Source: Octopus sinensis (taxonomy: Eukaryota). Taken from it: 20,969 nucleotides of DNA. The notes under the pieces were generated by a model that was not told where the DNA came from, made no database searches, and saw only the letters and a program-made list of their open reading frames with translations. Location: contig NW_021823811.1 of the NCBI RefSeq assembly GCF_006345805.1, forward strand, positions 1 through 20,969. Direction: 5' to 3'. Position 1 is the first letter of the stretch, and each line of letters opens with the position of its first letter. Below, one piece after another: positions 1 to 11,115 of the stretch. Both the position numbers and the translations under genes were made by a program.

Positions 1-52
1 CTTTTGTGTGTTTCTTAAATGGCTTACAAACACCTTCCACGCTGCACGTATT

Positions 53-97
<45 letters not shown>

Positions 98-867
98 TAT
101 ATATATATATTGAAAAGCCCACTAGAATGGAAGCAAGCGCTAATCCGAAATCCGAATGATATGATATGATATATATTTAAAAATGTAATATATAAATAAT
201 ATCTACAAATATGAACCATCTGATCTGATGCTGCTACACCATCAATTTTTCTAATATATATATATACATCGAATATATATATATGCGATTTCGAAGTCAC
301 AGTCAAGAACATATAAGAAGAATAAATTTGTATTCTGCAAAAGTTTTGTTAAATATATTAAACAATCTTTCCCTGCGTTTGTAGTTTTTGTTGTCATGGC
401 GGCTACTAGCGGTGTTCTTATTATTCTAGTTACTAGTGCTGGTGGTGCTGTTGTTGATGATGATGATGTTTCTACTACTGTATTTTGTTTTTGTTGCTTC
501 TTTTGTTGCTGCAATTGTTGTTGTTCAGCCCTAATTACACAGTCGTTGTCCGTCGTTGTTGACTTATTTCCACGTCCATCAACGTAATGGCGGCCAGGTC
601 CGTCGCAGCAACAATGGCCAGCTGAACAGATTTCGCTACATAAACAGCGCATTCATTTCAATGTTGATCACAACTTTTGGTTAAACAAACTGCTTTTCAA
701 TTCGTAAAAACAATTTAAAGAGGATCGAATTCCTATTGTCAAAAGAATCGCCAGGACGAAAAAAAAAAATGCGGACGAGTAAACTCCCAAAGATACACCG
801 AAGCATCGCACCAATTCTATTCAATGTACTTATTCCACGATCGAGTATTACAAAACGCTTGGATACC

Positions 868-928
868 ACTACAACAACAACAACTACTACTACTACTACT
901 ACTACTACTAATTTACTACTACTACTAT

Positions 929-967
<39 letters not shown>

Positions 968-1032
968 TACTACTACTACTACTACTTATACTACTACTAC
1001 TACTACTACTATTAATAATAATAATAATAATG

Positions 1033-1062
<30 letters not shown>
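868..1062. repeat. Compound trinucleotide microsatellite (AAC)n-(TAC)n-(AAT)n
   Basis: Read directly; explains the poly-T/L/I/Y ORFs at 736-1164 and 824-1015. Confidence 0.95.
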
Positions 1063-1065
<3 letters not shown>

Positions 1066-1158
1066 TGGACAATATGTCGGCTTTATAAAATCAAAACCGC
1101 TGACAAATGGTATAAACATCATCCTGAAGCTATGACTGAGGGAGGAGAAAATGTGTCA
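1063..1158 (+). mobile_element. R4/Dong-clade non-LTR retrotransposon fragment (region upstream of the REL endonuclease)
   Basis: Translates IWTICRLYKIKTADKWYKHHPEAMTEGGENV, matching WIMCPHYKIKITDKWYK...EGENVTILWD in the longer minus-strand copy at 17576-18290. Confidence 0.75.
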
Positions 1159-1164
1159 AGTTAG

Positions 1165-1343
1165 GGAGAGGGGTTATGTCGCTTGCATCAGCCACAGTGT
1201 TCGACTGGTACTCAGTTCCTCACCCCCGCAACGATGAAAAGCGAAGTCGACCTGGGCTGTATTTGAACACAGAACGTAAAGCCGGACAAAATGCTGTTAT
1301 GCATTTTTCCCCGCATGCTAACGCTTCTGCCAGCTCACCGCCT
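1165..1343 (-). mobile_element. tRNA-derived SINE family B, diverged copy
   Basis: Colinear similarity to 8881-9110 (gatgaaaagcgaagtcgacc...atttgaacacagaacgta...gctaacgcttctgccagctcaccgcc). Confidence 0.85.
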
Positions 1344-2177
1344 TGGTCAGTGGGCGAACATTAGCCCAATATTTGGTTTGTCCTCATTTAGAGCTCTATC
1401 TACTTCGAGTTCTATTGTTGAAAACGAATTATTTCAAATTCTCTCGATGGTTCTTTATTTTTATGATGTAAGCAATATACAGTTCTCTCTGGTAAGATCA
1501 AAGCCTATAAAGCGAAGAAACAAGTCTCCTCTTCAGGTAGAACGCATCCTGCTTGCAGAAGCTGTGCGTTCGTGTCCAGTGAGGAGCAGAAGGACACCAA
1601 CAGCAGCGATAACAACATACCATATTTAAAACGACTTTGAATTACAAAATATTTTAGGAAACGAAGTAATATATCGATGCTGAATTCACTTTATCTTCCT
1701 ATTCATCACTTAGCGAGCGTCGAGATTGAATGACGCAAATACGTCTGAACCGCAAAACTAAAATTATGACAGAGAGTGCATTATTTTAATAGGTTCCTTC
1801 AGTGAAATAACACAGCTGGATATTTACTTTGCTCTCTCATAAGGCCAATAATATGATTATCTTCCATTTAGCTGACTTTCTATATATTTCTATAAATCGG
1901 AAGCCGTACTTGTGAACGAACCGTTTTGAAAAAATATGACGTTAACATATTTTAAAATAGTTTTTTGATCTAATAGTTTCCGAATATTATTCTCTTTCCG
2001 TCTCTTTTTATGTTATTCGTGAAAAAACAAGTTTCGTACAATGTTTATATGAATTTTAAAAGCTCGACTTCAAAATGGGCATCAAAAGATATTCCAAACG
2101 CAGGAAGTATAGAGTTTTACGGAGTATAACTGGAGAGGCTGGCAGGAAATAATTCAATATATATACATATATATATA

Positions 2178-2201
2178 CAGAGTGCGGTGAATAAATTGTC
2201 G
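2178..2201 (+). mobile_element. Solo Tc1/mariner terminal inverted repeat
   Basis: CAGAGTGCGGTGAATAAATTGTCG matches the reverse complement of 20240-20263 at 21/24 and is preceded by TA inside a (TA)n run. Confidence 0.7.
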
Positions 2202-2689
2202 GCTCATTGGCGCAAGTCAGTCTGGGACACCGGCGTTTCAACATGTTGTGTCCCATTAGCCAGAAGTACACGGACACGACTTTTCTCATCGCTCTTCTGC
2301 CCTACCAGTTTCTTTTATTTATTTATCTACCAATTTACCAACCTAGTGACTCTATCACCCAACGCTATATCACACCGTGAATTCTACCAGCAACATTCCT
2401 ACCACAAAACCAAAAATCTTCTAACGCCATGTCGGTTCTAATATAATACCAATGATTCTAACAGCATACATAAGAATTCAATCGGTGCAGGAAACAAATA
2501 CGTTAAATTCTTGTATTTCAAGCAGGTTTCTTCTCCCTATACATCAACGCAATGTGAAATTCACGACTGTCAACAGGAAATTGTGTCAGGGAAGCGACTA
2601 ATTTAATTTTATTTACCTTATTCGATCGAATTTATTTATTTATGCTGTCAACTTTTCTCTCGCATATAGTCGTTGTGTTGTTGATGCTT

Positions 2690-2855
2690 GTGTGTGTGTG
2701 TGTGTGCACATATATCTAAATACACATGCACTACACACATACATGTATAAATACGTATATAAATTTATGCATAAACGCACACACGCGTACACGTATATAT
2801 GTGTGTGTATGCGTGTGTGTGTGTGTGTGTGTTGATAGATAGACAGATAGATAGA

Positions 2856-2890
<35 letters not shown>
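2690..2890. repeat. Compound (GT)n/(GATA)n microsatellite
   Basis: Read directly. Confidence 0.95.
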
Positions 2891-3127
2891 TCATACGCGT
2901 AAAATTTAATGGACGATTGTGTATATATATATTCATTTTGATATCAGAGAGACGCACCTACATGGACAGATGGGTGTATGATTGTATACTTCACAAATGA
3001 AATCGTGTAATGAAAAATGCGAATATTAAACGAGAAAGGAAATGTGTCTGAAAACTGAACTGAGCCTGTATTGACGATAGTGTTTCAATCTAGCTTCTAT
3101 GAACATGAATGCATCTATAAATCTATA

Positions 3128-3290
3128 ATTACCTCCGCCTTAGCGATGGAGGAGGTATTGTTTTCAGTCGTGTTTGTTTGTTTGTTTGTCTGTGGACAAG
3201 ATATCTCAAGAACCGCTCGATGGATTCGAATAAAATTTTTAGGGATGTTTGGCCTCGCGACTGGCGCAAAATCGGTAGGTTGACGGGGTC
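3128..3290 (+). mobile_element. Possible non-autonomous Helentron/DINE-1-like (HINE) element, 5' part
   Basis: ACCTCC(3131-36)...GGAGGT(3151-56) hairpin followed by a (GTTT)n tract and gatatctcaagaaccgc...gatggatt. The family call is from recall of this layout only. Confidence 0.35.
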
Positions 3291-4164
3291 ATCTCATCAG
3301 CAGATTTGTTACTACGTTTAGTTGCTCTCGGTTTTATATAGATACTAATGGGAGATTTAATTTTTTTCTTTCAGAATGTGATGGTTAAATCCAGAGTTTA
3401 GTCCGGCATGTAACCCTCTAGTATTCAGATTACTCTATCAAACGTGATGCTAATTCATTCACATTGTTTTGAATTAATTAGGCATCATCTTATAGCTTCA
3501 AGATCTTGATGGTGTGGAAACTTTCCCTTCCACTCCCGAAGTTGGAAATTTCTTTTTTGTTCTCAAGTTTTCTTGTGTGCTTTCTATTGTTAATGAGGAG
3601 GAATTTCATTTTATTGTATTTATAATACATTAGTAGTATCTGCGTACGGATTGGTGGGGCAAATTTTGTGTTTCGTTCTGCGAGATTTTTCTATGGGTTC
3701 GTCTGTCTTCTTTTTGTATGCATTTAAACAGCATTTGCAACGCATTACACCACGATATAATGGAAGATAGGAAAATATTAATAGAAATACTTCCATACTT
3801 TAAAGAATTTCACAAAGAAATAGCAGACATATTATGGAAGCCATATTAATATCGCAAAACAAGACTACGATCAACGTTGAAAATAGACACGTCATAAGTT
3901 GAAATCCGATCAGATTGAATATTAACGCCATAACGGTGAAATTCTGACAATCTCTACAGATTCGAGGCTCCCACTAATAAGTTACAGCAAAAAAAGCAAA
4001 TATCCCTCCACATCTTGAAGATGTGGCTTAGATAACCAGGAGAAGTTGATAAACATCAATTTAGGAACATTATTGCTCCAAACGAATTATAAGGCTGTGA
4101 AAAAGGAACACGAGAAAATATTTAATAAGGAAATAATTAATTAGAACATAGTCATGTTTTCAAT

Positions 4165-4252
4165 ACAACGCACAATACACACATGCAACACGTGAACACA
4201 ATGCACAGGTACAAAACACCACACACACACACACACCACACACACACACACA

Positions 4253-4301
<49 letters not shown>

Positions 4302-4318
4302 TACACACACACACACAG
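4165..4318. repeat. (CA)n microsatellite
   Basis: Read directly. Confidence 0.95.
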
Positions 4319-4339
4319 CATAAATCACATATGTAAGAT

Positions 4340-4735
4340 GATTGTTGTCCGCTCGCGACCGAGGATGATCATCATTGACCACTAAGAACACTCAGACAAG
4401 ATAATGTTTTACACTTGCGGCTCCACTGATGGCTGATGAGCCCCAACTCTTACCAGCCATACGCTTCCGAAAGTACGGCAGACAGAGCTTACCCCCATTC
4501 ACTAATTAGTCAGTGCCTAATTGAGCAACGCCCTTAATTTCAGCATTCAAAAGACGGGTTTCTTCAAAAATATTCACTCCTTCCTTAGTTGTTAGGTCGT
4601 TGAATCGATAATCACAAGGTTGTGGTTTCGATTCCTGAACCAGTTGATGCGTTGAGTTCTCGGCAGCAGGAATATTACGAGCAAGACCTTCCAGCCAGGT
4701 GTTCTGCATCTTCTTGAGTAATCTGTGTAGTTAAG
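4340..4735 (-). mobile_element. RTE-clade LINE 3' remnant, frameshifted and interrupted by a SINE head
   Basis: Minus-strand pieces KKMQNTWLEGLARN, KEGVNIFEETRLLNAEIK and VCRTFGSVWLVRV/GLISHQWSRKC follow the order of RTE C-terminal motifs (WE.LA.DR, EG...FEE.R, CxxCG..C.S..GL.SH). A short 3' UTR follows. Confidence 0.55.
4584..4675 (+). mobile_element. tRNA-derived SINE head remnant (third head type)
   Basis: A-box-like cttagttgttagg and B-box-like ggtttcgattcct; similar to the head at 15600-15665. Confidence 0.6.
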
Positions 4736-4760
4736 AGTTTGTATTCTTATAATGAGGAAA

Positions 4761-4818
4761 TGTGTGTGTGTGTATGTATGTATGTGTGTGCGTTTGCGTG
4801 TATGCACGTATATCTATT

Positions 4819-4855
<37 letters not shown>

Positions 4856-4888
4856 GGAGAGAGAGAGAGAGAGAGAAGAACCATGGAT

Positions 4889-4942
<54 letters not shown>

Positions 4943-4955
4943 ATATATATATATT
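4761..4955. repeat. Compound (GT)n/(GATA)n/(GA)n/(TA)n microsatellite
   Basis: Read directly. Confidence 0.95.
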
Positions 4956-5250
4956 AATAATCATGGATCTCCTTTGAGCTTCAAACATTTAAATCGGGGT
5001 CGATTTGAAATTCATCCATTTAACCCTGCGCTGATTCATCTGGAGATGATAATTTTCCTCAAAATAACTGGGACAAAGTACTCCGGACATCACATTATAG
5101 CTATCTATAAGATACTCTTTGCGCTCTGCACTTACCAAACCCCTTCATAATTACCTATGATCTGTGAATGCAACTACATTCTCTACTGCATCCTTCTTTC
5201 GTTAGTGAGTAGGGTATGATTTGTGAAATTTGACGTTATTCTAGCAAACG

Positions 5251-5253
<3 letters not shown>

Positions 5254-5287
<34 letters not shown>

Positions 5288-5385
5288 TATATAATATATA
5301 TATATATATACATACATATATATAGTATATATATATATATATATATATACATACATATATATAGTATATATATATATAATATATA

Positions 5386-5424
<39 letters not shown>

Positions 5425-5486
5425 CTATATATATATATATATAATATATATATATACCATATATATATATATATACTTATATATAT

Positions 5487-5527
<41 letters not shown>

Positions 5528-5536
5528 CATATATAT

Positions 5537-5568
<32 letters not shown>

Positions 5569-5578
5569 ACATACATAT

Positions 5579-5610
<32 letters not shown>

Positions 5611-5648
5611 ATACATATATATATAATATATATATATATATTATATAT

Positions 5649-5683
<35 letters not shown>

Positions 5684-5752
5684 ACATATATATATATATA
5701 TATATATCATATATACATACATACATATATATATATACATATATCTATATAT
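5254..5752. repeat. ~500 bp interrupted (TA)n microsatellite
   Basis: Read directly; source of the IY-repeat ORFs. Confidence 0.97.
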
Positions 5753-5764
5753 ATAACAAATAAT

Positions 5765-5969
5765 TAACAAAGATGTCCATGTATCAGTGCATTACAGCCG
5801 TTTCAAACGGCTCCATTTAATCGATCAATGTAAACATTACATCAGTTTGAAATAAACCGCTCTCCTCGGATGAGAGGTTTCTTTCCAGTTGGAGTAATAT
5901 TTTCATTGATCGAATAAATGGAGTCGCTTGAAGCGAATGTAATTCAATGTCACCTGGACATCCTAGTTA
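5765..5969. mobile_element. Fold-back (palindromic) MITE-like element
   Basis: Arms 5772-5858 and 5876-5962 are reverse complements at 68/87 positions by manual ungapped alignment; TA at both outer ends (5765-66, 5968-69). Confidence 0.7.
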
Positions 5970-6143
5970 CTTATTTGCTTTTTATTCACCTAAATTCTAG
6001 CAGCGCGGACTAAACCGAACTCTCTTTGGTACCTCAATTTAAGTACCTAATTAAACTGAATCTTAATTATGTGTGTGTATATGTATGTATGTAGGTATGT
6101 ATATGTGTATGTATGTATATATGTATGCATGTACGTATATATA

Positions 6144-6298
6144 TGACGGGCTTTTTTCAGTTTCCGTCTACCAAATCCACTGACAAGGCTTTGGTAAGCC
6201 CAAGGCTATAAAAGAAAATACTTGCCCAGTTACCACGCAGGGGGCTGCACCCGAAACCATACAGTTGGAAATCAAGCTTCCTACCACACAGCTACGCA
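6144..6298 (-). mobile_element. tRNA-derived SINE family A, 5' half
   Basis: Matches 16867-17020 (gacgggcttttttcagtttccgtctaccaaatccac...aagcttcctaccacacagc). Confidence 0.9.
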
Positions 6299-7179
6299 TA
6301 CGCAAATACATATCTAATTTTCTTCTGTTTGCTTATGAGAAAGCTCTTAAAATATCTAATCTTAGGTAATCATGTAAAGTATCATTTCGTTCTTATTAGA
6401 AATTATCAGCATGATATAACCGAAGGCAAATAAATTAAACTAAATTAAACATTTGACGAAGCGTGACATTTTTTATAGGTAGAAAATCATTACGTTTTGA
6501 GAGAAATTCATAAAATGTTGCTTTGTTTACTTATTTTTCTTGTTTTTTTTTGTTGTTGTTTTCATAGATAGTAGTTCAACAATTCAGAGACAAAAAAAAG
6601 GAAACTTTCTTCTGTAGTCTGTGAAAATGAGTAAAATGAGTAACTGGTCAATGGTGCTGCCGTATGTTTTTTTTCTTTTAAGATACAAAGAGAAAGACGT
6701 GTGTTTTTAGCTTAGCGTCCCTTTTTTATACAAGGCAATAAATATATTTTGCTAAAACTATAAACCGTTAATTTTACTTTATAAATTTATTTGTAATAAC
6801 AAAAGCGAAGTCTTTACAGTACTTCTATCAATTAATTAATTAATTAAATTTCTCCAGCGTTTTTGCTAATGTTATGCAAATTCGACAGACCAATTTAATA
6901 TTTCTCGTGTTTGTGTATGTCATAAATATTTATAAGGTACTTGTGACCTTGTGATGAGGAATATTAGCAAAATTACCTGCGATGAAGCGATACAAAGCAT
7001 TAAAACCATTTCGTCTGATCTGCTGGCGGTGAAGAAAACAAAAACAAGATTCAACAAAGGCTTCTACTTTTCACTCTGAGGTACACTATGTGAGTTTGCT
7101 GTTAGCAGACACTCGTAAATCTATCTTAGGGGAGTGTTTATGGAAATAAGCGCGATGCTCGATGCATAGATGCATAGCT

Positions 7180-7222
7180 GCTATACACACGCACACGCAC
7201 ACTCACACACACATGTGGGTAC

Positions 7223-7274
<52 letters not shown>

Positions 7275-7499
7275 CACACATACACACCCATATATATATA
7301 TATATTACATATACATATATATATATATATACACACACACGCATATATATATATATATACATATACATATACACACGCACAGACTATTGTGTGAACTTCT
7401 GATGAGATGGATGTCTCCTACGCACCCACGAAATACTAAATAACGTGTAAAATTGTCTGTGTGTGTGTGTCTCCTTTCTCCCTGTACTTGTATGTGTAT

Positions 7500-7543
<44 letters not shown>
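7180..7543. repeat. (CA)/(TA)n and (GT)n microsatellite blocks
   Basis: Two blocks at ~7180-7380 and ~7457-7543, read directly. Confidence 0.9.
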
Positions 7544-7545
<2 letters not shown>

Positions 7546-7633
7546 CAGAAGTGGTAAGTTTGACAGACTCGCAGTACGTTTGGTGTAATTGCGGTGCGTA
7601 ATTTTGTTCAGTGACAAAAGACGTATGAGTTGC

Positions 7634-7690
7634 GACATGTGACGTAACACGGGGCATATAACGTAAGACGGGACATGTGACGTAACGCGG
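7634..7690. repeat. Three tandem 19-bp units
   Basis: GACATGTGACGTAACACGG / GGCATATAACGTAAGACGG / GACATGTGACGTAACGCGG. Confidence 0.85.
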
Positions 7691-8404
7691 GACCTGATTT
7701 CTTTTATTTAAGTTCTAAAAAATAATTCTTATTCATTTACTTATTTCAGTTATAATTCTAGAATATAAATATTTCCAGAAATGTTACTTTGATTTCTTTC
7801 CGAAGTATAAATCCATACCTTATGTAAAGATGCCGTATACTGTATAATATTATTGTCCTTGATACGAAATTCATGACAAAGTTATCCATTTTACGAAGAT
7901 TCGAACTTAGAACATAAGGAAAGCTAAATAAGGAATGACTGTCTCATATTCCGTACGTTTGGCGATTGTCCTACAAAACGATCATCTTTCGCGGGGTATG
8001 TTTTATGCGGTCAGCAACCAAATCTCACAGAAATCATGAAAAATGGGGCTTCATTGGACAATGTAGTTCCTGCGATATGAAATGCTTAGATGTTGAGTAT
8101 TGTAACGTGGTTGATCATAGGTTTTCTGAATAAGGAATAATATCTGCTTAAACTAGTACTAGTACTACTACTATAGAAAAATTGATACATAGCAACAAAT
8201 TTGAAGGAAGGACCAATCGAAGGGTCAATTTTCGCAAAAAGATTCAAAGGTAAAAATATACCTCGACAGGATTTGAACTCAGAGCCTTATGTCACGAGAC
8301 CAAATACCACCAATTCAGTCATCGTTCTGAGCTCAGTCTGGAACAATATAGACCAGAGTTTATTCGAAAACATCGATGTCAATATTTACCCTTCTTGTAA
8401 ATCG

Positions 8405-8620
8405 ACGAATTGGCAGAACCGTTAGCACGCCGGACAAAACGCTTAGCGGCATTTTGTCCTTCTTTACGTTCAGAGTTCAAATTCCACCAATGTCGACTTT
8501 GCCTTTCATTCCTTTCGGGGTCGATAAAAAAATGTACCACTCGGACCCTGGGGTCGATCTAATCGATTTACATCCACCACCGAAATTGCTGGCCTTGTGC
8601 CAAAATTTGAAATCACTATT
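8405..8620 (+). mobile_element. tRNA-derived SINE family B
   Basis: tggcagaaccgttagcacgccgg (A-box region), gagttcaaattcc (B-box), then gtcgactttgcctttcat...ggggtcgat as in the other copies. Confidence 0.9.
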
Positions 8621-8880
8621 TAGTCTGCTGACTGTAATATATTTTATAGAAATTGGTTGAATGTGTGAAGCATCAAAGAAAATGCCTTAACGTAGGTTCT
8701 GATTTCAAATCCCGTCGACATTTAATTTGCCGGTCACCCTTCTGCTGGAAATGACAAGATAGAGTAGCAATAACGTATTAGAGGAGATTAACTTAATCCT
8801 CTTGGGATCTGCGTAAAAAGAAGAGATTACTACAATACAACAGAAGCTGAAATCTTTAACAAGCCATAGCTCTTTAAACC

Positions 8881-9110
8881 TATTTCTTTACTACCCACAA
8901 GGGGCTAAACACAGAGGGGACAAACAAGGACAGACAAACGGATTAAGTCGATTACATCGACCCAGTACGTAACTGGTACTTAATTTATCGACCCCGAAAG
9001 GATGAAAAGCAAAGTCGATCTCGGCGGAATTTGAACTCAGAACGTAGCGGCAGACGAAATACCGCTAAGCATTTCGCCCGGCGTGCTAACGGTTCTGCCA
9101 GCTCACCGCC
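8881..9110 (-). mobile_element. Full-length SINE family B with an 11-bp target-site duplication
   Basis: CTCTTTAAACC at 8870-8880 and 9111-9121 flanks a complete head-to-tail copy with A and B boxes. Confidence 0.93.
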
Positions 9111-9784
9111 CTCTTTAAACCACGGGTGAAATGACACACTGCTGAGAGCACAACGGGATCAAATCACTGCTATCTTTAAAACCCTAAAATAGTGTCACCG
9201 CAGCATTCAAACGCACACTCCCTTTCTCTCTTCTTCCCACCACTTCCTCTCTCGCTCTCTCTCTCTCTCCTTCTCTCTAAATAAGGGAGCTAATAAAAAT
9301 GATAACACGGGGAAATGGTAAAAAAAATAAGGCGCTTGTTTTATTAACTCAGCAAACTGGTAGAACGAAGTTAATTCCAGTAGAATTCAGTGGTTCAACC
9401 TAAAGAACTACAGCCTTCTTTTGCCCGCATTTCTCGTCGATTATTCTGTTAATCTGCCATACTTAGCTTTATTTTATTCGACAGAGACATTCTACTTGCT
9501 TATTATTCTTCACCTCATCCTCAATCATTGGCAGACATTTTCCAATTATTCTACGAAAATGCCATACTTTTTTTTTTTTAGCTCAATCCATCTTGTTGCC
9601 AGATTTCTTTAACTCTCATCTCCTTTTATGGCTTCTCTATCTTCTCGCTCTGTATTTGTTTCCCTGAAAACATTTCACCAAAATACAATTCCTTCCTACT
9701 GTAACGATAACGATTTTTCTTCTATACGCTTCAGATACAAAAAGAACATCTTTGCAATTCTATTAAAAGTTTGTGTTCTTCCAT

Positions 9785-9874
9785 GCTGCTGCTGCTGCTG
9801 CTGCCGCCGCTGCTGCTGCTGCTGCCGCCGCTGCTGCTGCTGCTGCCGCTGCTGCTGCTGCTGCTGCTGCTGCT
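9785..9874. repeat. (GCT)n repeat with regular GCC interruptions
   Basis: (GCT)6(GCC)2(GCT)5(GCC)2(GCT)5(GCC)(GCT)9. Confidence 0.95.
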
Positions 9875-10480
9875 GCGTTGCGTTATTGCGATTACAGTTG
9901 CTTCACTTCTGCTTCTCTTCTTATTCACAATGTTATTTAACACCAGGTCAGGCACGATCGAAGAGTACTATAATCAATGATGCTCCAATACTGACCATCT
10001 CGTCCTTTGCTTTCTAGTCATGGTGTAATAGTCTAAGATCACATAATTTAGCATAAATTTCGTTTTTTAAAAGAGGAAAAGGTATAAAAGTAGGTGATGG
10101 TTTCAGGTGTTATTTCTAGCAAAATTATGCACCACCGGAGGTCTGTACGGTTAGCAAACATACTGGAAGTGCTGACCTTATATTCCTCAATCATACTGAA
10201 ATGTTTCCTCGAGCAGCCCCAGAAAGTCTCCCACTTCAGTAGCAAGAATGGTCCTGGTGCACAGACCCGCTCATGGCATTCACCTGCAGATTGTATGAAA
10301 ACGGTGTTGGGTGTGTGTTTTCCCTGGTGGATAGGGCGATCGTGGTTATGTGGGGTTTCTACGAGCAGTCCTCCTAGGAAGACTCCCTTTTCAGCAGTGA
10401 ATAATGTTCAGATGATTTATGAATAAAATATGGTAGGGCAGTCACAGCTGGAACGCCTTCTGTTATTGGTATGCTCTGAA

Positions 10481-10673
10481 GCGGCGAGCTGGGAGAATCG
10501 TTAGCACGTTAGACAAATTGCTTAGCGGTTTTTCGCCCGTCCCTACGTTCTGAGTTCAAATTCCGCCGGAGTCAACTTTCCCTTTCCCCCTTCAGGATCG
10601 ATAAAATAAGTACCAGTTACACACTGGAGTCCATGTGATTGACTCGTCCCTCAAATCTCAGACCTTGCGCCTA
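10481..10673 (+). mobile_element. tRNA-derived SINE family B
   Basis: gcggcgagctgggagaatcgttagcac...gagttcaaattccgcc...gataaaataagtaccagttac. Confidence 0.9.
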
Positions 10674-10995
10674 TTGCAGAAAGGATTACTGGTCTGCTCT
10701 TTCAGTGCTGATCTGGGACTAAGTAACAACAAGAACAATCACAACAGCAATAAAAATCAAACCCTTTTTCTCTTCTTTTCCTCTTTCAAATCTGCTATTT
10801 ATATTCAGGAAACACAAAAAATGTATTTTTATACAAACAGCATTTCTATATTATTTGGGGGTTTTTTGGGGTTTTTTTTTGTTTGTTTGATTTTTGTGGG
10901 CCGGAGAGGCTTTTCACTGATTTTTTTATTTTCAATTTTACGTAATATTGGTTTTATAATAAATTAATCATAGATACATGATTTAAAACTTTTTG

Positions 10996-11115
<120 letters not shown>

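Noticed and set aside
3411-3515. TAACCC-starting segment recalling piggyBac-like MITE ends
   Set aside because: No partner TIR or second copy in the window; the resemblance is from memory only.
4433-4476. CTGATGAG...GAAAGTA hammerhead-like match on the plus strand
   Set aside because: Stem II has only one pair and stems I and III do not form; the segment is explained as antisense RTE coding sequence.
5253-5770. Long IY-, HT-, poly-L/S/C/Q ORFs here and at 824, 7138, 9628, 13666, 14077, 18521, 19155-19752 and 20572-20853
   Set aside because: Translations of di- and trinucleotide repeats that lack stop codons by composition.
6937-7089. Possible exon ending at a GTGAGT donor (7090)
   Set aside because: Weak acceptor and stop codons in all three frames.
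10048-10426. Overlapping open frames of 110 or more codons on both strands
   Set aside because: No recognisable motif or convincing splice signals; left unassigned, possibly an old TE.
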